Shown here one piece after another: positions 49,713 to 62,537 of a stretch of 64,000 bases of DNA. A model generated the notes under the pieces. It made no database searches and was not told the DNA's origin. It saw only the letters and a list, made by a program, of their open reading frames with translations. Position 1 is the stretch's first letter; every line of letters begins with the position of its first letter. The stretch is from assembly GCF_020745735.1 (NCBI RefSeq), contig NW_026867487.1:4729239-4793238 (forward strand), given 5' to 3'. The stretch comes from Hemiscyllium ocellatum. Its lineage: Eukaryota. A program made the position numbers and the translations under genes.

Positions 49713-50781
49713 CACTCCAGGGTCTACCAGTTCTGTTTTGACCACTTTCAGGTTGATGGTGTGGTTCACATGATCGAGCTCCGAGGATAGCCGGTCTCTG
49801 TGAAACTTCTGTGTTCCCGCTAAATTTGCTTCTCCTTGGCAGAAACTCCATGGAACAACTGGAATGTTGACGGTACCAGAACAGGTAAGGAGTGCTGCTT
49901 GTGGTAGTATAATTACAGAACAACTGGACACTGTCCCCCACATTCACTATGATCAAAGCCGATGTCTGTGAGACAGAATCTCCTCGACAAAGTACTGTAA
50001 AATTAATTGATTGATTTATTTGATCGGTTAATTGATGGACTACATCTCAAGTGTACCTCAGTGCAGTGAAAAGCTTTGTTTACGAGTGGTATAGGCAGAT
50101 CATAGTAAAGAAGGATAAACAGTACAAATCATAGGATGACGAGAACCAACTTGGACAGATGCAAACAGGTTTGTTGCAAAGGTCAACGTTAAGAAGATCA
50201 GCACTTGAAGTTAGAGACTCCAGGAGAATCCGGAAATTACAGAAACCACCTTATTGTTCTTATGCCACAGTCATCCTGTTGCTTTGAACAATAATCTGAG
50301 AAATTATTTTGAGAAGATAAAAAGAATAAACATCATGGAACTCAGCAGATGCATTGATAAAGAGTTTTGACAGATTACATAAAATCACCTTGATAAACAG
50401 GTCACACAGTCTAACAAGGTCATTTTCCATTTCGTTCCCGATCCTGAAGAGAAACAGAAAACGGAACGTGAGCTTAAAACTCTCACCTCTGTGAAAGTAT
50501 CTGAACGGACCAAACCTGCTTACCTCAAGCCTAATTCTTCCACTGTCTTTCACTCACGGTCGTTTGTTAACTCATCCCAAACAGTGCTGGTGTTGGAAAG
50601 CTTTGGCTCCACCTGAGTATTTTCATTTGGAGAGAATGTATCGCTGCCTCTGTGTTGATGGAACTGTTTGGGTAAATATAATTGCAGCTGCTGATTTGGA
50701 ACAGAGAGATCCTCAAGTTATCAACCTACCCGTTAGAACAGCTGCAGCTGTGAGGTATAAACGCAGTGCTCCAGGTGACAT
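49713..50781 (-). pseudogene. TRAV: V segment V4.3 pseudogene (leader 50781-50730, V exon from 49994); frameshift, and YYC plus the RSS are deleted
   Basis: Leader MSPGALRLYLTAAAVLT-G|gtaggt is intact. There is a 2-nt deletion near 49806. After ELVD the sequence jumps to the flank downstream of the nonamer (GGAGTGT|CACTAAGCATGACAGTGTG). Confidence 0.88.
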
Positions 50782-51579
50782 TGTTGCAGAGAGATCACAG
50801 TGAATGTGAGCAGAACTGGTCGAAGCTCAAATACTTTTAGTCAAGAATTGCTTTCTTTTTTTTCTAGGAAGAAAAGAAACATCCAAGTAACCAGTGACAA
50901 GTAGTACTTCTCTCCTAGTTATATATATCTGAGAGACTGAATGGGAGTGGCAAGAGAGCAGATTCTGTAAATTTTCACAGAAGGTAATGTATTTTGACAA
51001 AAACACAAAACTAAATGGCAAGGCAAGTGATGAGGATGCTCAATGAGTCTGCGCGAAAGACATAAAGAGTTTAAGTGACTGGGACTACCGCTTCCTCTGC
51101 CAGATTATGTAGAATATTGCAGAACCAGGGAATGAACAATTGAGTCGATTTGATGATATCGAATGATTCGGTTTTCGGAATCATTTTTGAGACGATTGGA
51201 TTGTGTGACTGTGAATGAAATGTGAATGATATTAAAACAATTGCCGCTTTATTTTCGTTCACGGTTGATTTATGACTTATATTGATTTAATATTTAATGG
51301 ATATGCATCACACTCGTTATTTTTCCATTTATTTTTCAATAGTTTGTCACCGTTAGTCTTCCACATGGATTGTTCCTTTATTTCTGCTCTTTCTCTCACC
51401 TTTCACTGATGCTTGATTTGTCTCCGCTCAGATTTCGAATTCTCTTCACTTCTTGCACTCTACATCTTGCTGGGCTATATTATCTTATTTTTTCTGACTG
51501 CATTCTCCTTAACATCGAATTATAGAGCCCTGAAATAATAACTTTCATACTCAGCACCGCGAGACACGGACTCTGCAGA

Positions 51580-51618
51580 GGTTTTTGTTCATGCTCTCCC
51601 TCTGTTTATACCACTGTG
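51580..51618 (-). promoter_or_regulatory. 23-RSS of V1.3 (perfect consensus)
   Basis: Minus strand CACAGTG + 23 nt + ACAAAAACC. Confidence 0.96.
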
Positions 51619-51956
51619 CCCCCATTGGCACAGAGATAGATGGCGGTGTCGTTCAGTCTGGCATCTCTCACACTTAGGACACTTTGTTTGTATTCTCTAC
51701 CGACAGAAGCGGAGATCCTCTCATGTTGATCAGCCTCTCTCTTGGCCATCACCAGATAGTGGGGCGGCTGGTTTGGGAACTGTCTGTACCAATGCACTGT
51801 GCCAGATGTCGTGGTTCGGGAGCACTCTATGGAAGCGTTTTCTGCCTCCTTAACAACTGTCCACTGAGCAAGTTGCGTAACTTCGTCCTCTCCAGTTTCT
51901 ACCGTGTAGATCAGGGAGGAAAGCAGGAAAAGAACTCGGTAAGTTTCAGACATCAT
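51619..51956 (-). CDS. TRAV: V segment V1.3, single-exon leader+V, intact
   Basis: MMSETYRVLFLLSSLIYTVETGEDEVTQ...IECSRTTTSGTVHWYRQ...DTAIYLCANG, followed by an RSS. Confidence 0.93.
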
Positions 51957-54900
51957 CGAGTGACATGAAACGTAAGGTCCATAGAGTTTGGTTGCAAAAA
52001 ATGCAGTTAATAACTAGAAGAACATTCTTTTCGTGTCGAACAAAGTGCTGCCTTCTTTCGAAGTTGTGGAATATTTTGTGTCTTGGAGTTTATCTTTCGG
52101 TAGCAAGTCTTTCACACTGACAGCTGCTCACAGGGTGTATAATGTCACTCCGCCCTCACATTCAATATCTGTCACAGATTCACCCTGCCCTGTACTGGCT
52201 ATATCCGGAAATTGTGACGTAAAGTTTCTCAACACAATTGCGTTCACATGGATCATTGTCAACGGAAATAAAAATACCCTCCTCGCCCTTCCCCCAAAAA
52301 ACGTTCCCTGGTTTACTCTGCACATTTCACTTCAAATGCAGCAGCCAATGGTTTCGGGGTATTTTCTTCACGCATTGCCACTGAAACTGTATTCCACACT
52401 TCAATCATCCTTATTGAAACAAGCAAAAGATCCCAATATTAATCCTACAATTTTGGTCTATGATTTGAAGCGGCGTGTCCCCTCAGCACGATGCAATGTG
52501 AACATTTATTTCCATTCTGTGCACTATACTCACAGGAAGACCAACATTGGTAACTCATTATGTTATGGTCATCTTCCTGAAATAAACTCCTCTCTCACAT
52601 GCATACACATTCACGTGCATGCACACGTGCGCACGCTCACATAAAAATGCACACCTTCACCCAGCTTTCTCTGATGCGCCTGCCCATACTGTGGAAACAT
52701 CTCTACCATCTGCTTCTATTGGAAGATGCTGTGCCTTCATTATACTGGTGCTTCAGAAACTGAAATGGAATGATACGGCCACTCTTGGACCGTTCTGGTC
52801 GCAACATTACAGGAAGGATGCTCAAACTTTGGAAAGGGTTTAGATGCGATTTACTGGAATGTTGCCTGGTATGCAGTGAAGATGTAATGAAGATTGGTTG
52901 AGGGACTGGATGCTGTTTTTGGATGAAAAAATAAGCTCGAGAGCTGACTTAATTGAGACAGAGAAGATAATTGGAGTCTTATTTTGGGTGGGCAGTAAGA
53001 GCCGTTTTCCTCAGATGGCGCTGGCTAGCACGACAGGACATGACTTTAAACAGAAGAGTGATAGAGAAAGGACAGATTTCAGAAGTAGTTTCTTTACTCA
53101 GAGAGTAGAAGAGGCCTGGAACACACTTGCTGCAGCAGTAGTAGACTCGCCAACTTCAAGAGCATTTAAATGGTCATTGGACATTCATATGGTCGAGAAA
53201 AGAATGTGGAGATTAGACAGGCTTCAGATTGGTTTCACAGGTCGTCGCAACATTGAGGGCGGTAATATTCTATGATCTAGATGTGTACAGAAGGGGAGCA
53301 ACAGATAGCACACAAAATGAAAGGAAGCAGGGGACTTGTTAAATTTTAGGTTTGTGCTTCTGTGTGTGCGTGAATGTCTATGTGTTTCTTTCTGTTTGCA
53401 TTTCTGTCTGCACATCTATTTATGTGTGTTGCTGTGCGTGTATATGTGTACTTTTATGAGGCTACCAATGTGCATTTCTGTGTGTTCATGTGCGTGTCCC
53501 TGTGTGTGTTTACATGTGTGTGTGTCTGTGTTTATCTTTGTCACTTTGTGCGTGTTTGTGTGTGTGTGTGTGTGTGTTTGCACACATGCTTGTGAATGTA
53601 TGTGTCCATCCCTGCGTGCAATGGACATTATTTCTGTCTTGGTGTTGAAAGAATTACAGTTTCACAGTTTTCTGCTTGTTGCTGTCTTCTGGGTAATATA
53701 ATGTTGTTCCACGACGTGCTGTTGAATCCAAGCTGTAGACATCTCAGAAAATATTTTAAGAGGGCTCAGATTGGGAATTTTTCAATGGCGACTTTCTAAT
53801 ATTCATGACGTAGTAGAACGAGGGGTATGGTTTCAACACATCCATTTTTAAACAGCTATCCAATGATCTCGTATCAACGATTTGGATGAGAATGTACAAG
53901 GCATGAACAGTAAGTTTGTAGATGACACTAAAATCGGAGGTTTCGTGGTCAGTGAGGCAGGTTATCAGAAATTTCAGCAGGACCTTAATCATCTGGGGAT
54001 CTGGGCCAGAAATGACAAATGGAATTTGACATAGATAAGTGTGAGGTTTTCATTTTAGGAAGTTAATTCAAAACACGAGCTTCATACTGGATGGTAGGAC
54101 CTTAAGGAGTGTAGTGCAACAGATGGACCTTGGTGTTCAGGTGCACGGTTCTCTGGAAGTCACAGTGAGACAGGTCAGTTAGGAGGCACACGAGCCTTCA
54201 TCAGTCAGGGAATTGAGTGTAGAAATTATGAAGTTATGTTGCAATTGCAAAAGACGTAGGTGAGGCCGCACTTGGAGAATTGTGTTCAGTGTGGTCACCT
54301 TGCGATATGAAGGATGTATAACAATGAAAAGAGTGCAGAAGATATTTGCACGCATGTTTATAGACTCAGTGGTTTGATTTATGAGGAGAGGTTGGTCAAA
54401 CTAGGACTTTTGTCTTCACAGTATAGGAGAGTGTGGGGAGCAAGGATGGGGTGGGGTGGATCTTATCGAGGTGTATAAGACCATGAGAGGCATGTATAAT
54501 GTGGATGTACTCAGTCTGTTCCCAGAGTTGCGGAATCAAGAACTAGAGGTTATCGATTTAAGGGAAAAGAATGAAATGGACCCTAGGGGTAACTTTTTTT
54601 AACACATGGGTAGCATTCATGTGGAATGAACTGCCAGTGGAAATGGTTGAGGCTGGTACATTAGCTACATTTAAGAGGCATTGAGATAAGTACATGGATA
54701 AAAGGATATGGGCCAAGTGCAGAGAAATGTAGTTCGTGTGAACAGGCAGCATGGACCATTTGAGGCAGAGGGCCGATCTGCTAGATGACTGTATGACTCT
54801 CTCCATTTAAATCAGGGAAGAAGGAAAACGTACCTGTCAGTGCATTGTGATACTAGGAAATGTACTTCCTCAAAAGGCAGTGGTCTTTACTTGAGAGATG

Positions 54901-55808
54901 TCTTCAATTGATTCTGAATGTCTTTGCCATAAGTGAAGAGTGGACAATTCCAAAATACTTTTCATGCTGCAGGATAATACGGTCTAGGTGCTGGAGTATC
55001 GTTCAAAAATTGACTTTTTGAAGCGTAGTTAGTGTATTTAGGAAATCAGAAATCTAATTTAATTCTTCGGGATAATGGTGCAAATCCAGAGCTAGAACCA
55101 CATCTCCCATCACAAAAGAAACTTAAGAATTTACATTTACGAATACAGCTAGTTGATTCGAATGCCTCGATCGCCACAAGACCTGCAGTTCCAAACGTTA
55201 AAGAATTCATCAAAGTTCACAAAATTCCGGATTTCCTTGCCATTTAGTACCAAATTAGCAGACAGCCCTGCCCGGGCTTCTGTACTTAACATAAATTAGA
55301 ATTCATTACAAATCAATATGTTCCAGATACGGGTTAACAATTATGAACTGATGTTATATATCTCAATTGTTGCAACTCTTACTGCCATGAACAACTACTA
55401 TCCTGGGTTCCTTGAATGCAGGGAAGCCAGACACACAAAACCTTTGTGTTATGGGTGACAAAACAAATTGGGCTGGCATTTCAATTGCTCCTGTTCACAA
55501 TGTTCTTTGTGTTGACATTTCTATTTGTAGGACTTGTTGCTTCTTAATCTGTCTTCTTTGGCACATTCATTTTCTGAAGGTGGCACACAATGGTTCACAT
55601 TGATTACGTCTGTCATTGCCACACTGACTACGTCTGTGAGCAGATGTTGTTGTACATTTGAACAATGCAGTGCATTGCTGCCATTTCTCTGACATAATCC
55701 TCAACGATTTTTACCCTCTATCTGAGCAATGGCCTGCAGCCGCCAGCAGAGGGTGGCATTGTATCACTTGCAACACAGAGAACCAGGGAGAGAGGATTTG
55801 ACCAAACC

Positions 55809-56385
55809 AAATTGATAGGGAGAAGAGTTTGTGGCAGTCCTTGCATGGAATTTTGCAAGCAAAAACGAACAAACGTAAAAGATACAGTGCATCCCATAGA
55901 CAAAACCAACGTCATCTACAAAATTCCATGCAAGGATTCCCACAAACACTACATCGGGCAAACAGGAAGGAAGTTAGCTACCAGGATACACGAACACCAT
56001 CTAGCCACAAAAAGACACGACCCTCTCTCCCTCGTAGCCCTACACACAGATGAAAAAATCCACCATTTCGAATGTGACAACACATCTATCGTGGGACAGG
56101 TTAAGCAAAGGCATGCCAGAGAATTTCTAGAGGCCTGGCACTTCAACCACAATGCCATAAACAAACACATGGATCTAGATGCCATCCATCAACCTCTCAA
56201 AAAACGAACAGGAAATGACATAGCCACAAACTCCAGGAACCCCATCCAGGAGAAAGATATAAATACAAAGCAGGAGACACCAGCTTCGATTCACTCGGAT
56301 GTCGCCTCTGATGGTGTTACCTAGCCAGGTAATGAAACTTTGGATATCAAACCTACAGCTCAGCGAACAAACCTATACCCTAAAT
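55809..56385 (+). mobile_element. Second Penelope-like family: GIY-YIG 3' fragment + pLTR, U4-specific
   Basis: VIYKIPCKDSHKHYIGQTGRKLATRIHEH...REFLEAWH. Hammerhead-like CTGATGG-TGTTACC-TAGCCA-GGTAAT-GAAA near 56308-56337. Confidence 0.87.
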
Positions 56386-59184
56386 TTAAGATTCTATTGC
56401 CTGGATGAATGATGTCACTTTGAATTTTGATTAAAAATTGCACAACATTATGATCTCTATTTAACAGGACCTCTGATGATCAAGGTTACTGTGGCCGGAA
56501 GCGTCAAATGAAAGAAGGAACTTATGATGACACTAACACACCTAACATGGAGTTACAAAAGATAACCAATGATTAAAGCATGCTGGGAAATCGAACTCAG
56601 CCTTCCAAAAAGTGACTGTGCTAATCACATGCTGCAGAATCCATACAGGATGCAGCTGCCCATAGACAATTTGCAAACAAACCTGACAGTTACAGACACT
56701 GTAATACACACCTGAAGTTGGACTTGATTGGGAAAATGGAATGTCGCCCTCTGGACAATTGGGAGCAGTGAGTCATTCGCTACACAGAGAGGCATCTAGC
56801 ACTTTTACTTGGAGGAGGTTACGTATACCCAACACTTACCATATTTGACCACTCTACCATCAACATGCCAACATCTGGTTGGGTCTGATCAGGATAATCG
56901 AACCTAATCAATCCATTGCCAGATTCACAAAACCCACCCAAAAAAGGTGCGACGACACAGAAGTCTAAAAGTCGCCTCAAAACTCCACTCAGGAGGTTAA
57001 CTCGAGAATAATCACTGAAGAAGAAGGCATCTTCAAGACCGTTGTAAGAAAAGGAAAACTCGCCACATGAAGCATGGACAAGTTCGAGTGTGGTGGTATA
57101 CGAACATACAAAGTCAAATTAAAGCATAAGATATTTGGTACTGTTTGTTTCGTTAGTTTATAGTTCTCACATTAATTGTGTCCAATAAATGAATATTATT
57201 GTCTATAACAGTCAACTCATCGTTCTTTTGCTGAATATAAGAATTTAAACACAATGTGTGGCAGGTAAAACATTATTAATTGTCTGCTCTCTTTAACCAA
57301 TGCTACAGCTAAAACAAGCTGATTTTAATTTGGTCCTTCAACGTTTTGCTTCAGAAAAATTTACAACGAACTCCAGAAATTCATCCCCCATGGAATTCGT
57401 CAATGGATTTCCAGCTAGGATGGGTAATTAATTCCCTTGACACTGTCGTCAAGTCTTCATGGTTCCTCCTTGACAATATCACTTTGTGTCTGTCTCAGAG
57501 GTGATCAACAGAGTCCATGACCACGCATAGGTTGAACATCGCATCTCCCTTTTGTGAATGCTTGTCAAACTTCTTGATGAGTTAAAATTCCTTTCCCAGG
57601 AAGGCAAGGATCACATTCATAATATGAATCATAACTGCGGGTGCTGGAGATTTGAAACACATAGCCAGTTGTGTTTATGATTTGTTCCTGACTGAAAGTA
57701 AAGTGGTAGGCTTAATGTTCCAGTTTGAAAATGGCATTTGATAATTCTCCAACATTTGAACCTATTTGTGTTACCGTCTTGACTTATGGGCAAAAGCTCA
57801 TTTGAAGTAATTAGTTAAAATCTGCAGTAAAATTGCAGGTGGAAGTGCAGGTGAAATGGATCTATAAAGTTCCTTAATAATGGTATTAGTTGGAATACCA
57901 AATAAAGAAAGTTCGGCATTGTGTCAAAGAATTTCCTCTTGTCATGATATGTGCATCCCACACACTGACCTTTGAGATATGCCTCATTCGTTCTAATGAA
58001 TTAAAATGAGGTGGAATGCATTACCTGAATGTCTATTTAATAATGTTCAAAGGGAAATTTCGAAAGGAAATGGAAAGTATGATTTTAAAGGAAAGCTTTG
58101 CAGAAAGTTCACAAAATTAGGAGGAGATAACCTATTGGAGTTATCACTTGATTATTATTCCAGAGAGTCAGCTAATATTATGGGAATCGGGATTTGAATC
58201 CCACCAAAGTTGATGGTGAAATTTGGGTTGAATAAAATTTAACATCTGGAATTAAGAGTCCAATAATGACCATGAAAACACTGAGCATTGATTGACGTGA
58301 TTCACTAACGTACTTAGGGGATATCCTCTGTTCTCACTTGGTCTGGCACATCTGTAACTACAGATCCACAGCATGGTCTAGCAAACTACTCTATTCGTAG
58401 ATGTCATAGAATCCCTGCAGTGTGAAAACAGGCTATTTGGCCTAACAAGTCTAAGCCACCTTCCAAAAAGCAACCAACCCAGACTCAATATCTCCCCCGA
58501 CACAGCCTTGAGCAGTATGGATTATTTTAGCATGGCCAATTCATCTAACCAGGACATATTTAGATAGTAGGAGGAAACCAGAGCACCCAGAAGTAACCCA
58601 CGCAAACACAGGAGAATGTGCAACATAGGCATTTTGCCCAAGGCTAGAAATGAACGCCAGCCCCTGGTGCTCTATGGTAGTAGTGCTAACCACTGGGCCA
58701 TCGTGCCACCCAAGACTATCGACGTCGTTGAAGTCTCAACAAAGGCATGATCCACATGACGTCGAACGAGGTGTCAGAAAAAATAACAGCAGAAAGAATA
58801 ATGTGGACTCTGAAAAGTTGTCCTTACGATAATCTGGGGAAGCAGTGCCAAATTTGGAGAGCTGTCTTACAGACTAGTCAAGCAACAGGCTGATATACTC
58901 ATAACTATGGAATCATATCTAATAGACAACATCTGAGAGACAACTATCACCCTCCCTAGGCATGTCCCATCCCACCCGCAGGACAGATTGAGCAGAGGGA
59001 GCCACGCCATAGTATGTAATCAGGAGGAGTTGCCCTCACAATGCTTGGCATTGTCTCCACACCTCATGATGTCCCATGGCTGAAGGATATTCATGCACAA
59101 GTTAATTTCCTGGTGTTTAACGTGTACTTTCGTCCCTTCAATCACTCGTCCTCCATATTGCCTCTGAATGTGTGTGCGTGTGTT

Positions 59185-59217
<33 letters not shown>

Positions 59218-59999
59218 TTGTGTGTATGTGACTGTTGTTATGTCTGCATGAAACTGTTTTTTGGAAGCATTCGAAAGGGCGAATGACGTAGTTCTCTTAC
59301 AATTCATCAGGATCGTTTGAAGATGTCTTTGGTAATTAACTTAATCAATTTTCACTTCTAAAAGTTCCAGATCTGGTGCCAATCTATATTTGAAACCTGA
59401 TATAACCTGTAATTTGGTTGGTGGAGTGATTGATGCGGTGAAAATGTTAGAATTCGTGGGATAAAAATAGCTTAAATTTGAAGTCAGCAATTTGTCAAAA
59501 CATGATGAGCCCACTAGTACCACAACTCAGTTTCGAAGTGGATAACTGCCTGTCATTCCCTTGCTGAGCTTCACGCAGTGAAAATTAATTATGGACCTTG
59601 ACTGGACACTTTGATGAGACCGGAGTAATAAAATAATTTTGAATTATTTCATTTTTCGTCTGACCTACAGAGACAGATCGACCTCTCTGAAGAGTGACCG
59701 AACGATCGCTGCAGAAAATATACTGTAATGGGGGAAGGAGGCAGAATAGCTGAAAGTATCAGAAAGAGCAACAGGGTGATAGAGACAGCCAGGGAAGAGA
59801 TTGGAGAGAGTCAGCTGTATTCGGCCCTATATTAACTGTGATTGGTCCACTGTTGACGTCAGACCTAGAAACCAGCCAATTGAATCAAGCCAAATGCCCA
59901 AAAAGCGGAGGTTGTTTCTGATTGGGGTTCAGTCCCTCATGTAAGATCAGACGCTCAAAATATTTTAAAAACTGCGTTGTTTACTGTCGGACCGGAAAC

Positions 60000-60434
60000 A
60001 TGTACTTTTTATGTGCTTTACTGATAATAATAACAGTGGTGTCAGGTAAGTCTGTCTTAAAATCGTCAAGATATGCTTCAGCAGTTCGACCTTCAACTTA
60101 TTGACAACTTCATCGTGTTTATTGCAGGTGCGCGTGTCCGAGATTCAGTTTCCCAGAATCCACTTGAAAAAACGGTTCAGGAAGGCGAGACTGTAATCCT
60201 CAATTGCAATTACACAACACAATTCACTACTCCAATGCTTTTTTGGTATATTCAGTATCCCGGGAAAGCTCCCGGATATTTACTGAGAAGATTCAACAAG
60301 GAAGACGGACATACTTTTCCAGGTTTCTCTGACAAGTTTTCTTCTACCCTGGACAAAGAAAAGAAAGTATTTCCTTTAAATATCACTGCTGCTCTTGCCT
60401 CTGACTCTGCCGTCTATCACTGTGCGCTGAGTCT
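60000..60434 (+). CDS. TRAV: V segment V2.4 (leader 60000-60045, 82-nt intron, V exon 60128-60434), intact
   Basis: Leader MYFLCALLIIITVVS-G|gtaagt. V exon reads ARVRDSVSQNP...LNCNYTTQFTTPMLFWYIQ...DSAVYHCALS. Confidence 0.93.
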
Positions 60435-60473
60435 CACGCTGATAAAGAGTTGCAGTCAGTCCATACAAAAACT
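60435..60473 (+). promoter_or_regulatory. 23-RSS of V2.4
   Basis: CACGCTG + 23 nt + ACAAAAACT. Confidence 0.91.
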
Positions 60474-61473
60474 CGCCACACACACTCATGACCCTTCATT
60501 CCCTACCTACATCCTAAGCCACATTTCTGATGTGTCGCTAGGTTGTAAACTGGTAAGATGTTGAAAACGAAACGACAAAGGTCACTCCTCCCAAAACACC
60601 TCTTGGAGCAGTTCGTGCACTTTCCTACATTAAAAAAAAACCCTCTTTTATGGCTTTGCCAGTTGATGGTAATGAATAAACAGCTCTCGTTAAGTGGCAC
60701 CGAAGCCACATAGTAATAGAAGCAGGAGAGGACCATTTGACCCGTCCAACACAATCCACCAAGATTTCCCATTGCCTGAGCTCCTCCAATCTGCATTATC
60801 CCTCTCACCCTTATTTTCCAGAACATGCAAAATCTCAATCAAATATGTCTTTGAACAAATTTATTGAAGCTGCCTTCATTGTTTCCTTTGGCAGGGAATT
60901 CTGGGAAAAGCAGAGAATATCCTAAACCACTCCCCCTCTTCTTGAGGCAATGTCGTCTCGTCCTCGTCTCAACGACCAGCGGAAAAAAAACTTGCCTCCA
61001 TCTATCTTATGCATCCCTTTCACAATGTTATATGTTTCCACAAGATCGCTTCACATTCTTCGAAATTCTAGCGAGCATCTCAGGCAGTTCAACATCTCCT
61101 CAGAGGTTAACACCCCCCCCCCCCGCCCATTACCTGCAATGAATGTGGCGAACCGCCTCTTCACTGCCTCCAAAGCCAGAAAACTCTCCCACAAGTAAGG
61201 ATACCAGAACTGCGCACAATCCTTCGGGTGTGGCCTCACCAACACCTTGTGCAATTGCAGCAAAACCTTCCTGCTCTTAGATTCAATCAGCATTAAATAT
61301 GAACCATTAGTGAACAGAACTGACTTTATTAAAGAGGAGAATTGAAGTTAGTACTCGCATCAGCTTTATTCAGTGATCAGCAAGTAGTTCTTGCCCTGTA
61401 ATGCAGTATATTTTGGGCCGATATTGATAGATTGGTGGATCAAAAAGGCAGATGTGATTTGAGTTAGATTGCT

Positions 61474-61735
61474 TACAGTGTGAAAACAGGCTCTTGGGCC
61501 CAACATGTGCATACTGACCCGCCAACCACCCATAACCCTAACGTAACTCTAAGGGCAATTTAGCATGGTCAATTTAACCTTACCCGCACATCTTTACACT
61601 GTGGGAGGAAACTGGATCACCACGCAGGCACGGGGAGAACGTGCAAACGTCACACAGTCAGTCGCCTGAGTCGGGAATTGAACCCAGATCTCAGGAGCTG
61701 TGAGGCAGCAGTACTAACCACTGCGCCATTGCGTT
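61474..61735 (-). mobile_element. HE1/V-SINE-like element, U4-specific
   Basis: Same family as 26795-27107, more decayed; absent at the U2 equivalent (~29335). Confidence 0.82.
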
Positions 61736-62022
61736 GTGTGCAAGAAATTGGAAAGGATATGGAACGACCACCATATTATTCACTAGTGGAGCAGTTTGGA
61801 TGGGGCAAACGGCCACCCGTATTTCCCGGTGGAGTTCATGTGGTCAACACTTTGACGTCATGAACTGGAGAACAAAGCGGGTGTTAGCGGATTGGGTGAT
61901 ATGATGACTCTGACAGAACTGAACCATTCGGCAGCGAGACCGGATGTGACACCCATTGACTACCAACTCAAAAGAATCAGCTCCAATATTCTTTGTTCTA
62001 ACCCTGCATCTGCTCAGCAAAC

Positions 62023-62537
62023 ATGTTGACTCTTCCTATTTGCTCATTTCTCACTGCTGCAACGGTCTTAACAGGTAAGTTTCTAAGTTGTAAAATATTC
62101 TCTTCTGGGTAAAATGTCTACGGCAATCTTTGATTTGTCTGTGTTTCCCTCGATGGCAGTATATGTGTTGACTCGGTAACATTCATCATGATCGTCATTT
62201 TATTGTCACTTTCTTTCTATATTTGCACAGGTGTTAATTGTGCCGACTCGATCTCACAGAAGCCGGTTACAGTGATACAATTTGAAGGAGATTCAGTGAC
62301 TATTCATTTCAGCTATACGACCACAGATAACGCGCATACGTTCCCACTGTACCGTCAGGACCCAGGGAAATCTCCAACATTCCTAATCTACGTTCCCAAC
62401 TATGGCAGTATCTGGAGAGGAGAGGGCGTGTCGGATCGATTTTCTGCATCTTTGGACAATTCGAAAAATGAAGGGAATTTCATTATCAATGAGCTGCAGT
62501 TGTCTGACAGCGCAGTGTATTACTGTGGACTGAGAGT
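62023..62537 (+). CDS. TRAV: V segment V3.4 (leader 62023-62074, GT-AG intron, V exon 62231-62537); open frame, lacks Cys23 and Trp41
   Basis: Leader MLTLPICSFLTAATVLT-G|gtaagt. V exon reads ...DSVTIHFSYTTTDNAHTFPLYRQ...DSAVYYCGLR. Confidence 0.88.
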
